A stretch of 64,000 bases of DNA. Origin: Marsupella aquatica. Lineage: Eukaryota > Plantae > Marchantiophyta. The notes below the pieces were generated by a model that saw only the letters and a list, made by a program, of their open reading frames with translations, was not told the DNA's origin and did no database searches. The stretch is taken from NCBI GenBank assembly GCA_973895155.1, contig OZ316893.1:8332963-8396962 (forward strand). Direction: 5' to 3'. Within the stretch, counting starts at the first letter, position 1, and each line of letters begins with the position of its first letter. Shown one piece after another: positions 28,402-41,085 of this stretch. The position numbers and the translations under genes were made by a program.

Positions 28402-30600
28402 TGTGACGGGTTAACTTGTGGCCGGAATTAGCGGGTTCGGCTTCAGTTTCGGGTTAACCCAAGCTCGACCACGGCTTAGCTTATGTGAGCACGGCTTCAG
28501 CTTAGCTCAGGTAAGCATGGCTTCAGCTTAGCTCAGGTAAGAACGGCTTCAGCTTAGCTCAGGTAAGAACGGCTTCAGCTTAGCTCAGGTCAGCATAGCT
28601 TCAACTTAGCTTAGGTAAGAATGGCTTCAGCTTAGCTCAGGTAAGAACGGCTTCAGCTTAGTTCAGGTCAGCATAGCTTCAGCTTAGCTTAGGTAAGAAC
28701 GGCTTCAGCTTAGCTCAGGTAAGCATGGCTTCAGCTTAGCTCAGGTAAGCATGGCTTCAGCTTAGCTCAGGTCAGCACAGCTTCAGCTTAGGCTTAACCC
28801 GAGTTCGGATTAGATTGATCTCGGGTTAGACTGAACTCGGGTTAGCCTAAACTCGGGCTCAGGTTAGCATAGGTAAGCTCGGGTTCGGGCTCAGCTTAGG
28901 CTAGGTTAGCGGATAGCGGGTAGCGGCCTAACCCGAGACCACGGGTTAGCTCTACTCAGGTTAGATAGGATAGCTAGGTTAGCCGAACTCGGGTTAGCTA
29001 TGTAACTCGGGTTAGCGCAACAGTGAGTACCCCCTCTCGGTTGCGGGGGCATAACTCTCTGTGTATTTGACCAAATCGGCTATAATTGACCTCGTTGGAA
29101 AGAGGAGCTCAAGCCGCTTCCAACGCTGTTATCCACGCAGCAAATGGTTGAATAGAGAAATCAAGAGAGGAGGCGCAAGCTCGCAAAAACCATGGAGGAG
29201 GGCCAAATCCAAAGTACATAGCCAATTTGAGATAGAAATAAAGCTGCGAGTTAGGGTTCAGTAGTTAGAGATAGTGGCGGCTCTGTTAGGGCTGGGATGG
29301 GGCTCCAGCAGCGTAGCATCCACCCATTTGGGCTCAATGAGAAAGTATATAGAGCAGCCCTCCAGTAGAGGCAGGGGGACTTCAGTTGTGTGATCTCACT
29401 TAGACTGAGCAGCAGGGAGGAGCTCTGTGCAAGCAAGGCTAGACTTGGACGCTGCGTGTTGGGGAGAGCTTGGTTGTGCTATTACTCAGGGAGTAATCAG
29501 CCAAGCTTCACAGCAACAGGTTGCTAGGTTTGCAAGCTGGATTGTGGCTCTTTCTAGTGGGCAGCACAACTGGGTTCTTTTCCCCCGATACAGAGCCTTG
29601 GTGATAGGTGATGTATTGGTGATTGTAAACTGTGGGGAGGATGTCAATTTGATTTGTGGTGAGCACATTAGGGAGGCTGAGACACTGATTGAGGGGCAGC
29701 AGGAGGAGCATTTACAGTTCAGTCTGGCAAGGCTACGTGATCCATGGGGAGTCCCGGCCTTTGTCTGGTAGAGAGCACTAAGGGATTTATGGCCAGAGCT
29801 GAGCTTGCAGGGCAAGCGTGAGGCCGGGCCTCATTGTAGTCTGGGGTAGATCGCCATTAGGCCTGGTACCAGTTTTGAAGTCGAGTCAACTGTGCATGCG
29901 TACTTGACATTCTGAATTGGAGATGTGAGATCTGTATGTGCCCCCAAGAATGAAGTGCAGTGAAGGAGGTTGAGTTCAGGATTGAGTTTGCAAGGCAAGT
30001 ACGGGATTGGTTCGAGTCCAATCTGCCGTTGCAATCTGGAGTGAGCCGGGCTCAGGTTCAGGATTGAGCTTGCATGGCAAGCACGGGGCTTGCGGGGCAA
30101 GCACGTCGCAATCTGGAGTAGACAGCCTTCGGGACTATTGTTCGAATCAAGTGTTCTCAGTGAACTATTGTGCACATCTTTGAATCTAATTGAGTTTTCC
30201 TCTCAGGCCTCATTTCTCTCATGGATGTGTGTGTGAGTGAGGCAATCTGAGTGTATGATGGGACTAGCAGCGCCACTGAGAGGTGTACAGGGTGCATTGA
30301 AGCGGGCTGGGTGAGGACTGTCATAGCTCTGATTGCTGAGAGTGGAATGGCAGGGTGGTGGGGCAATGGCTTAGAAGTCCCTAAGGCGGGAATCAGTCAG
30401 GAGTCACTGGTTTATGGGTACATTCCGGTGGCGGAATAGAAACATACCTATGACAGTAAGCATACGTATAGACCTATGCGCACCGTAGCGCTAGGCCCTG
30501 TGTGTACGGGCCTGATATGAAGACCCCTTCTCACCAGAACTATCATGAGCGCAGATCTGATCCCCAACCTTGGTTCCTTGGGATTGAGCTTGGGTGATGT
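28402..30600. mobile_element. Probable LTR-retrotransposon remnant containing the minisatellite
   Basis: tgtgac...gcaaca bracket (28402-29022), then a cataact...cgttggaaag...ttccaacg motif of the kind seen in plant LTR-element non-coding regions, and GC-richer decayed sequence. No recognisable protein domain; boundaries uncertain. Confidence 0.35.
28493..28792. repeat. 26-bp minisatellite, about 11.5 copies
   Basis: Unit ggcttcagcttagctcaggt(a/c)ag(a/c)a(c/t); followed by repeated aactcgggttag motifs to about 29015. Confidence 0.95.
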
Positions 30601-30665
30601 GTGATAGAGTCTTGCTATGATAGTCTGGTGTTAAGGGCATAAATTGGTGTTTACCGGCCTTCACA

Positions 30666-31330
30666 CCCTGGGCCCCCAGCCTTTGTAAACTAAAGAGGTA
30701 TACGTGCGTACACCCCCCTCCCTAGTACCCCTTGTTATTTTTGGAAGCCTATAAAAATTTCTCTTGTTATTCTTAAAAACTTAATTTTGGAGAATAAATC
30801 TGCCCCTTTGAGATATTATAATTTCACATTTTACACCATTTATGAAAGCCTTGAAAAGTTATAAATTCATCATGTGCAAACGGTTCTAAAACTGATGGGA
30901 GTATTTTGGAAGGGTTTTGGGTACATACATTTTTGTGTTCGTGACCCTTTAACCCCAAACTTCAACTTTGGGGCATTTTTGAACCACATGGCAGGGTAGT
31001 CAGGGTTCAAAAGCTCCAAAGTCCTAAACTACTCTGAATCATAGATGTTGCAAGCATAATTATATGTCATATACACATGTTCCAATAAAGGGTGACCACA
31101 AGGACCAATCCTATTGTGACGCGTGTCACATCCATATTACATCACCTCTTGAAGCATATTAACTTGGGTGACATTTATATAAGCCTATATTAGTTAGAAA
31201 GGGTTCTTTGAATAAAACCATCCCTTGATATTTCTAAGCCAATTATAAAAATTAATCTCAAATCAGATTTTTTGCACCCTTCATCCGTTCGCACGTCCAG
31301 CCCATTATTAATAATGCTGGGGGCCCAGGG
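30666..31330. mobile_element. Non-autonomous DNA transposon (665 bp) with perfect 15-bp TIRs and 8-bp TSD
   Basis: TIR ccctgggcccccagc / gctgggggcccaggg; TSD ccttcaca at 30658-30665 and 31331-31338; AT-rich non-coding interior. Confidence 0.9.
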
Positions 31331-33071
31331 CCTTCACAACATCCCTTCGTGATCCTCATGTACAAGGAGATGGTTTTGGCACCCATAGTGACGTTTTTGG
31401 TGTTAAGACCCATGTCAATCGCGTGACATCAGTTCGCAAAACTTTGTTCACTGGAAGTTTTTATTGTTTAGCATAGTTGTCAAGGTTTGGTCATGTAAGG
31501 TTCACGACGGAGACTTTCTAGTAGTCACAGCAGCTTTGACTACTGGGAACTGTACCGTGGTACTCTGCCACCAGGACACTGACGCTACCACAGAATGGGC
31601 ATTTGTTGTATGCCTAGAAGGATTCAATTTTTTTCAAGCAGGCAGAGTTGATTGAGAGGCGTTTAATTTCGCGCCGAGGGGATTTCAAGTCCTCAAGAAT
31701 AATTCTTTTATGAGTAGCTAGATTGTGCGATTGATCATACTTCCGGATGAATGGAGCCTATGTAAGGGGAGGATCGCAGCATGGCCATTGAAATTGTGTC
31801 ATCTCGGAGCCTTCCTGTACTTGTTTGATCTTGGGCACGGTGAAGACTAGGATGCCCATTTATTAATTTTTTAGATAGCCATACTCTTGCATCTCTCAAC
31901 AGAGCTCGCTGCCAAAAAACTCATGAGTGTATCATCAATAAATTTCTAGCCGAGCTGCAAATTGTTACCCTTGAATTGTTTCTTTACCAGAAGTCCAGGA
32001 GAGACTCAAAGCATAAAGCCGGGTCTGCAATGAGAGAGAGAGAGCGAGGGGCGGCAGGCGAAGCAAGGAAGATTCTAACTAGAGCGTTTAATAGTCTCAG
32101 CGCACTCCCTGTTCTCCCACTCGGCTATGAAAGTGGAGTGGTTGAAGTATTTGAACTTGGTGACCATTGGGTCTGTCCTGTCACTTTGAGATTGAAACAC
32201 ATTGTTGGTCTCCTCGGACACTCATTTCGTCATTTCATCGATTATTGCTGTTCGAGACTTCGGTGTCTCATGACTTCATTGGACCCCTTCACATTCAATT
32301 CTTCCGTTTATTCAATCATTCTTTCCACCTATTGCGGATTTCGGGTATAAATCGCGGATCACATAGTCCCATTGGAATCCTTGGAGATCAATTGCTCTCA
32401 TCCTTTCACCTTCACAATCACATCCTGGCTAGTTTTGGTGTTTCCCTCCCCTCCTCTCTTTCGTTCAATCCAAAGTCGTCTCTCTATCATTAGTTGCCTT
32501 GCTTCTCATGCATTGTTGTGGAGCAAGAGTACTCAACCACTTCATGGTCCAATCAATGCCTCTGTCTTAGGTGAGGAGCAATGACGTCTTCCTGAATTCC
32601 CTTACTGTCAAAAATTTTTGATTCGATATTCATTTGCAGATTGAAGCAATTTCCGAAATTCAGTTCCGAGCAGCAATTTCAGAGCTCTCACTAAGGACTA
32701 AAGTGATATCCTCAAGAGAGACTATCGTTTGTTAGCCATGACTGAGAATTGCTCTTCTGACTGCCTCTTGTGTGCGGATGAACTTGACCTTCCGCTAAAG
32801 ATAGAGAAAAAGAGAAAGTCAATCTTGCTTTGCACTCTCTGCACTTGTTCGGAAGGTTAGATGAGTATTCCATTACCTCATCGCCACTTCTTCTATCCTC
32901 GATTACGACACGAGGAAATGAGGAAACACAAGGTTACCTTCTGCCCCTGTGGGATTCTTAACTGCCATGCTGTGTTGCTTCATTTAATTACTTATTTTTT
33001 ATTGTGGAATTGAAACCACAATTCACAAAAGGGTGGGCAATCGGTTATTTGCAGTAGATAAAACTGAGTTG

Positions 33072-33292
33072 TGGGCCTACTCAGGGTAGATAAAACAGTT
33101 ATTTTGATTACTTTTTACATGAAAATTAACGGCATGGCGTCACCAATTTTACCAAAATCCTGTCGCAAACACGAATGTTAAAGTCATTTTATTTTGTAAA
33201 CCAATTCATACCTGTTTGCAGCACGTCATGATGATGTGGCGCGCTGTGGAGCCAGGAATTTTGGAAGGGACCTCTAGTGGGGTCCGTAATTA
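33072..33292 (+). repeat. Dispersed ~220-bp repeat, second copy at about 60834-61049
   Basis: Shared agggta.ataaaaca.ttatttt...acggcatggc.tc...ttaccaaaatcctgtc.caaacac...catgatga..tggcgc.ctgtggag...ttttggaagggacctc...tggggtc. Confidence 0.85.
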
Positions 33293-35371
33293 TAAGTGGT
33301 GCATCTTATTAGCGCATTAAAGTAAAAACACATGACACAAATGATCAGTAAGACAAAACCTTGAAAAGTGTATTGGCCATACACCATTGGCAAAATTTTG
33401 TTTGATCGTGGTGTGGAGTAATAATATACCCATGTCCAATTATTGGGACCCAAATTATAGGGTTGTCGTACTAAGCTATGAGTAGTCTGAACCTGATTGT
33501 GGCTACAGTGTTCTGGAGTCGTAACGAGCTCTGAATGGAAAACCGAAAATGCGAGGAGCGAATCGCCGATTGAGTGCTCATGAGAGAGGTGGTTGATTTC
33601 GGTTCCTCTTCATGGCACACGCATGTCCGAAGTTCGCGCTCCGAATCCCCTCCGGAAGCTCAACGCATGACGTACCCGTCGATCCTCCTCGGTCTGCGGT
33701 ACGAGGGAGGGTGGAGCTTCTCTCACAAGACAGTCCAATGCATTGCTCTGAAAGCTGTCATCAATCAATTCGAGCAGTCAGCTTCGCCGAGCGCTTTCTT
33801 TCCCTCCGCAGCTTTCATCAATTGTTATTTCTCCACGGAGGTGTGTGTCTGTGATGTGATGAGAACAGCGTCCGCGACTTCGGGGCTTCGAGCTGTCTGG
33901 AATTGCATAGAACAATGGTGAGGCTGCCATTTTGAGCCGGACGACTTTCTCCTCATTCGGTATCGATGCGGTGAGAAGGCTCTTGGAGGCCTGGTGATGG
34001 TGATGATTTGCAGGTTGTCGAAATTGTAATGTGGGAGAATGAGATGGCTCTTGTTTGCATCGTCTTTGGGGAGGCTTGACTGTCGCTATGCTGGCGGGTC
34101 TTCTTCGACGAAGCGTGTGCAGAGTTATCCGACTCAAATGTCCTTTTCGTTGGCGTCCTTGGGCTAAATTGGCCGGATTGGAGCTCCCAGTTTCTTGCCT
34201 TCACGATTGCTGAGCATATGATTTGTCTCGACTTCTGTCATTTGTATAGAAACCCTATGTCTCGGATCCGAATTTCTCAATAGCTTTCGCTTCGAGTCGG
34301 CTTGTTCTGGTGAGGACCCTCTCTCTCGAACTCTGCATCCGATTTGTGATTTGAATTTTTGGAGTATCGATTCTAATCGTTCACCTCTCCCCTGAAGACG
34401 TCTCTCAAGTAGACGGAACGTGAACTGAAACAGAAGCTCTTGATAGGACAGCTCCAGATCGTTGTTCTGACGATGATGCAACAGGGACTAGGTGGAAAGA
34501 GACAAGAAATAATGTTCCGTAGATGTTGCCTGTTCAGTTTCCTGATATCCAGGAATTTGGATTCCCATCCCTGGATCCCTGTAACGGCAATAATGCTATA
34601 GGAAGTGGGGAGAACGGGGTAAGGGGTCTGCTAGCTACTGGATTTTTTGATAACCCAGGATTGGACTTTTCTCGGCTGCTCGTACAATGTTGCTGTAGAA
34701 AGGCGTAGACAACTGGATTGCTTAAAATCTTCCGAAAACAGAAATTGTTTTGCGACATTTGTCCCAAAAACGGTGCTAGAGGCAGAGCATGAAAACTGTC
34801 CCTCTTATTCCCGAAAACTCGCATTGAGGTGGTGTAGATGGACGTGGAGTGAGGATTGCGTCTCTGCGGTGCATCCCAATGATAATTTGATAGGAAGAAA
34901 GCCAGGGGTTGAATATATTCGTCGTGCGGACAGGAAGAAACTCAATCCTAGCAGCGTCGTAGCCTTTCCTTTGAGTGTTCTTGGAGCAAGTCCACTGTCG
35001 GTCTATTATTCACTCAGCTTTCTTCTGATCCACTTTCGTGGAGTTTGATGGTTTACGCGATTGCCTAACTCGTCCATTACTGCATTGGCGTTACGATCAC
35101 CGTCTCAATTGAAAGAAAAATTCTTCAGCTTGTTCCGCATGATGCACCGTAATATTTGCAGCACATATGGGCAGATTTCTTTATATTTATTGGACGGCCA
35201 TTTTGTTTTCAAAATGTATCATTATTTGGCTCATCGCTCCAGTTCTGAGCAATTGTTTCTACTATTTTTTGAATATGCAGCTTGGTATGAATGTGTCGAG
35301 CATCTGAAGCGGCCAGGTACCACCCCCAATAGGAATACAATGCTCGGTGCGATGTTTAGGGACCGCCGCGC

Positions 35372-38300
35372 ATGTTATCAATGGCATATTCAAAAAGATG
35401 TTTTGACCCTTGCCTTGATTCATGCCATCGTCTTGTAGTGAGGAATTCTGGGACAATTTGGGAGGCCAGATCGCTGCTGAGCTGCTCAGAAATGGGTGGT
35501 TCATTGAGGCAGCGATGCCTTCAGACTGGAGGAGAGATTTTGACATCGAAATATTACTCGTACATCGTCCGTGTCCTGATCTTGCTGGGGACTGCAACTT
35601 CGGTGGCCTTTTTGTTACTTGCATGGACCCAGCCATTTGATATCCAGTCCCTCGCTTTGCACTGGGATGGAAGTCCTTCTGTGGCGGTGACAGACCCACC
35701 CAACAACTGCGAAACTGAGAAGTCATCGAGGGAAGGCGTCTTACAACAACATGGAGTAGGGCTTCTGCATGCATGGACAGATTCAGAGCTCGTTGCGAGA
35801 GTAAGGACAAATGAGAAAATCCTGGCTCGGCAAACGAATTCCTCGTCCTTCAAGACGCCCAAGATTGCTTTTCTGTTTCTGATACAGGACGACCTCCCTT
35901 TTGAGCCCCTTTGGAATAGGTTCTTCAAGGGGCATGAGGATCAATTCAATATCTATATTCATATGTGGCCACTCAAACTGAGCGCCTTCCAAAGAAGCAA
36001 GGGAGTGTTTTGGGGACGATTGATACCGAGCCATGAAGGGAAAAAGTTGACACCAGGCCTCATTGCGAACGCTCGGAGGCTATTGGCGAATGCACTCCTT
36101 GATGATCCTAGTAATGAGTGGTTTGCCCTCATTTCAGGAAGTTGTATTCCTATCCATGGTTTTCGGCATGTTTACAACGCCCTGGCTTCTACCAACAAGT
36201 CTTTCGTGGTGAGTAACGAAATATTGAATTTCCTCTTCATTTAAACCCTTGACGTAATTGCTATCTCTCATCTCCATGCAGTTTAAAGGTCTGTCACTAC
36301 CTGTCACAAATCAGTAAGGTCATTTGTTTTGGTCTTTCCCCAGTTGAGAAATATACAGTGAAACTCGTGAGAGATCTAGTTTCAATTGAGGGAAAAGGCC
36401 CAGGTTTGCAAGCTGTTCTTTGTCAGCACTGAATTCGAAATTTCACTTTTCCTTCTCCGTTTGCATGATGTATTCACAATTTGCTATTAAAGTGTGGTCT
36501 AAAGCACTAAGAACATAGAGGTCGGTGCTGCCAGGAACTACACCTTGGTGAGAAATAGAACGTTCTTTCAACTGTGACGGTCATTCTTCTCGTTCTTACA
36601 TTTCCAGGCAGATTTGTGAACATCATGGATGTTAGAAAGTGAGCCCGAGTCGGTGTTTTGCTCGAATGAAACAGAATGCTTTGTTTATGTTTTGCACAAA
36701 CCTACGTCTTGTAATTGCTGTCCCATCCTTTAAATCTAGTTCTTCTCTTTGCCTTTCTGGTGCACTCGGAGCTCACCTGGAGGTGGCTAACATGGTTGTC
36801 GGGCTGAGGGAAAGCTCTGTGAAAAGCCCATCGTAATATTCTAGATCGATCTTTTATTACCTACCAAGGCACGAGGTACATGTTGGACTTCTGCATACTC
36901 GTTTTGAAAATACGTCTGGATTTTTGAAACCAGAAAAGCGTTTCCAGCCTATTAAATAAGGACTCAAGCACTCTTTGGAATCCCAGCCTTGAGCCTCCTT
37001 TCCCTCAACTTCCCGAAGCCAAGCTGGCTCGGAAGATTCGCAATCTTCACAAATTTTCTATTGAATTTTGATTGCAATCTACAAGAAAAGCAGATTGCTC
37101 GGGCGTACTGAATTCTATTTACTCACGTCTGAGAACCCTCGTAAGACTTGCCTCCCGCACACTTAACTCATCTCCAATTTTCGTGCCTCTTTTGGTGGGT
37201 CAGGAACCGGGACTCCTTTTGCCCTTTGCCTGCAGTAGATCGATTGTAAGTGCTCGTCTTCAGGGTGTTCTGATCTGTGAGCTGGGAGTAAAACCTTCTC
37301 TGTGCCCTATTGTGTGCTCATGTCACTAGGGTTTCAAATGCATATCCCGTACATTTGCCATTACTGGCTTGGATCTAGACTGCGTTCTTTCTCTCCATAT
37401 TAATCAGCTCCTAACTTCGGTTAAGGCAGACTCTGAGAGTAACTGAACGAACTTGTTCATGGTTTATGCGTTATAACGTTGGTCTGTCTAGTGGTAAAAC
37501 AGTACTCTTCATCGGTGAATTTCCGGGTTTACTTCAGTGCTCCATTATTGCACATTCCTGAATAATAGAGTTACTCAGGAACACAATTTGTCTTCTCTCG
37601 AATTCTTAAGAGGTTGAAGTAGTGCGATTACTGATTTCCTGCGGGACCCTAGGGCTGGATGACCTCATTGCAGTTACTATCCAAACGAGTCTCACACGGG
37701 AAGGGAAGACAATAGATGTGAAGTCAGAAATGTGAAGTAAAAGATTTTTGAGCTCCTTCCCACTTCCATATCCAGGCTATGATTGTGGAAGATATCATGA
37801 AAAGAGTGATTCGTTGCTATCAATCAGATCATGTACCTAATCAGACGTGCCTCTCTCTTTCTTCTACAACACTCGTTGCCGAAGGAAACCGAAGTCACTC
37901 AGGGAGGGAAGGTTGTCTCGTTGTTTAACCATGGAAATGTGGATGATGTTGAGTCAGTGGAGGTGTCTTGAGCACGTCCTGGCAACGGGCTGAGTGTGTT
38001 CTGAGTATTGCAGCCGGGTTGGGAGTCTGATGAGATTTTGTTTCATGTTCTACAGTGACTTGAGGTGTCTTGAGCGCGTCCTTGACTGGCTGAATGTGTT
38101 CTGAGTATTGCAGATGGGTGGAGAGTCCGATGGGATTTTGTTTCATGTGTTTGTGTGACTTAAGCTGTCTGGACCACATCCTGGCACACCGGATGAATGT
38201 TTTATTACTTCCGTAACTGGTCTGAAAAGATATTGGGGATGGCATTGTCATTTTGAATATAAGTCTTTGATGAAATTGGGCATGAGGGGATGTAGCTCAG

Positions 38301-40706
38301 ATGGTAGAGCGCTCGCTTAGCATGCGAGAGGTACGGGGATCGATACCCCGCATCTCCACACACAGAGAGGAGGAGAGACTACTCTTCTCCCAAAGTCAAT
38401 AGAAGCTAACTAAGTTTTACCTTTTCCCGGCATGATCCCCTCCATCGACGCCTTCTGTACCCACCTCTGGTCAAATGAACGTCAATAAAAGCTTTTTTCT
38501 GAGTGTTGCCCTTGCCCGGCATGATCCCCTCCAGCGACGCATTTTGTACCAGCTTCTGGTCAAATGATGGTGAAGCTGCTTTTCATCATTCTCTTGTCAG
38601 TTCTCTTGTACTGAAAAGGCAGAGCATCATTCCAAATTTCCAATCTATGGCTAGTGCTTTAATTAAAACAAGTGACCCTCCCGAATGTTTCGTTTATTTG
38701 TCTGCCGCCCAATCGAGTCTTTGTCCACGAAGCTTTGTCTGTTACGGCTTTGCAAGTAATTCTGTCGGCTTGAGAGGTAATGCAGGAGAAAATCGAAGAA
38801 GAAGATTCACTTGACCTAACACTTTCAGGCTTTTGTCGTTGTGAACACAGGACATAGGTCCCAGTCACTGGGACATGTGGAACAGGTACGTTGCTAGAGG
38901 GAACGACGTCATGAAACCTGAAATCCAATTTCAGCAATTCAGGGTTGGATCGCAGTTCTGGGTGATGCGCAGGAGACACGCTGTCCTGACCGTGGATGAC
39001 GTGAAATACTGGACAAAATTTAACAGACCCTGCGTCCCAGCACACCCCTACTGCTATCCGGAAGAGCACTACTTCGCGACCTTGATGTGAGTATTCCTTT
39101 CTCGTCACCCCCACGTTCAGAATTGTTTAGAGCATTGTTACTAAGTTCTCGGTCAGTCTATTCGGCTTGGATTATTTTTTCCCCTTGGAAATCGAGTTTC
39201 ATACACAGAAGGGGACAGACGGGAGCCCCACCAAGGTTGGATTGGTTTTTTTCGTTTTAGCATAGCCTTTTGCTCTGGCCCACTCTTGCCTTTCCCACCT
39301 TTTACTCCACCCCTAAACTTGCGTCCACCTACAGGAGGAGTCCTTGTGTAGAGTCTTCACTCTAGACAACATTCCAGGGTGTAGCTTTCGCCAATGTCTA
39401 GACTCGAGTCTGACATTGTTGATTATTCGTTATGCAAAGAAAAGGGAGACCCATCAGGGGATGGGATTGTTTTGTACTTTAGTCGTTTTGCTTAGGTCGT
39501 TTGACTAATATGATTCTAATTTAGTTAGAACCAAACGGGGAACCAATCACCACAACTGAAGAAAGAAAAAGCCCAGATAGATACACAAAGTTTTGATGAG
39601 GTGGATTGTTTTGTAATGTAGTCGTGTTGCTTAGGTCGTTCGACTAATATGATTTTAATTTAATTAGAACTAATCACCGCAAGTGTAGAAAGAAAAAGCG
39701 CAGATAGATATACAAAGGTTTGATGAGGTGCTCAGATGGATCATAGAATCCCAACGGCCACAAACTAAACAGTATAGAATCCCAACGGCCACAAACTAAA
39801 CAGTATATTATACTTTTATAACACTATATGTAGTTTGAGTACATACTTTTACACTCAGAGTACTTTGTTAGTGTGTTGTGCTTTGAGTGATCCACCGTAG
39901 TCTGGGGTATCAACCTTAGTGTCTAAGAAGGCTTTCGCTAGACAAATGGAAGTAATTGAGTCATAAGCTGGGACAACACCTCCATCCAAATCCTTGATAA
40001 CATCCAAGAGGGCCTCCATCCACACCTTTGAATTTTAGACAGTAATCCAAATTTTGCCCTTTGCGTGTTAATAAGCATTTTCTACTCTAAAATCACGTAG
40101 TGCAAATTTAAATGTACATTCATACAAGATCTCATGCAAACGTCAGAATCTTATCTTGCTAAGAGGGTGAATTGCAAATTGTCCATGCAAACTTAAAAAT
40201 CCTATCCCACTGTAGGTCTCATGCAAATATCAGCATTTGAAACCTTTTGCTGTGAATGGTTTTACTGGGATAGCATTTTAAGTTAGCATGGGATCGATGA
40301 ACTCCGCCCCTCCTTGCTAGAATAAGATTGCTACCCACACGACTCATAAATCGTATGAGCTCAAAAGCTTTGAAAGATCAAATCTGGGCTGAGAGTTCCA
40401 TTTCTTAGACCGATTTCATTTTATGTGGAGCTGCTTCTCGCCAACCCTCACTAACTCGATCTTCCACTGGGATTCGCACGCAGGAATATCTTGGACCCAG
40501 CTGGGATGTACCACTCGGCCACTCTAGTGGACTGGTCGCGTGGTGTGAATGGCCACCCAACGCAATGGCAGGCCAAAGAAATCAGTCTGCACTTCATCAG
40601 AGAGTTGCAACATAGAGAGCGAGGGGAACTTCTGTTTGCAAGGAAGTTCCACCGAGACTGTTTGAATCGGTTGTCCGACATCGCCGATGCAATTTGGAAG
40701 GATTGA
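35372..40706 (+). CDS. Core-2/I-branching beta-1,6-N-acetylglucosaminyltransferase family (GT14-like, DUF266/BC10-like) glycosyltransferase
   Basis: Exons 35372-36208 (TM helix, PKIAFLFL, LPFEPLWNRFF, FNIYIH, ARRLLANALLDDPSNEWFALISGSCIP), 38851-39086 (FRVGSQFW, CYPEEHYFATL), 40484-40706 (TLVDWS, GHP, LFARKF). Splice phases are consistent; start could be 35372 or a nearby Met. Confidence 0.93.
37960..38200. repeat. ~101-bp tandem repeat (2 copies plus a partial) in GT intron 1
   Basis: gaggtgtcttgagc.cgtcct...ggctga.tgtgttctgagtattgcag...gattttgtttcatgt...gtgactt repeated. Confidence 0.8.
38286..38358 (+). tRNA. trnA-AGC: tRNA-Ala(AGC), intronic
   Basis: GGGGATGTAGCTCAGATGGTAGAGCGCTCGCTTAGCATGCGAGAGGTACGGGGATCGATACCCCGCATCTCCA: 73 nt, full cloverleaf, G3:U70 alanine identity pair, anticodon AGC. 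Confidence 0.97.
39467..39805. repeat. Local duplications in GT intron 2
   Basis: A ~130-bp imperfect pair (39467-39603 / 39607-39730) and atagaatcccaacggccacaaactaaacagt x2. Confidence 0.8.
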
Positions 40707-40973
40707 TCATGAACAAATATTGGACCTCTCTCCTTTCTGGAAAGGTAGCTAGCTCTGATTGAACTCTTTCGAGTGATGGCGATCGTCAATCTCGAGCTGT
40801 CGGAGTGCCCCGGCTCGACGATCGACTCCTAGTTTGGGACAGGACAGAACGGTTATTGGAAGCAACAGAATGCATGGGGCGATCAATTGCAACAATTGGA
40901 AGAAAGTGAAGAACTCGAGAAGGGAACACTGCTCCGGACTAAACATCACAAATTGAATGAGTCTGCTTTACTG

Positions 40974-41085
40974 CCTGCAATTGCTGTGGCACTCACACAG
41001 CTCTGGGCTGGAAAAACGCTCCTGCAATTGCTGTGGCACTCAGACAGCTCTGGGCTGGAAAAACGCTCCTGCAAATGCTGTGGCT
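40974..41085. repeat. 47-bp tandem repeat downstream of the GT stop codon
   Basis: cctgcaattgctgtggcactca.acagctctgggctggaaaaacgct, about 2.3 copies. Confidence 0.9.

Noticed and set aside
28493-28792. CRISPR-like regular repeats
   Set aside because: Units are head-to-tail with no unique spacers, there are no cas genes, and the context is eukaryotic.
35262-36034. Minus-strand ORFs of 182, 124 and 83 aa
   Set aside because: Antisense to glycosyltransferase exon 1; no recognisable motifs.
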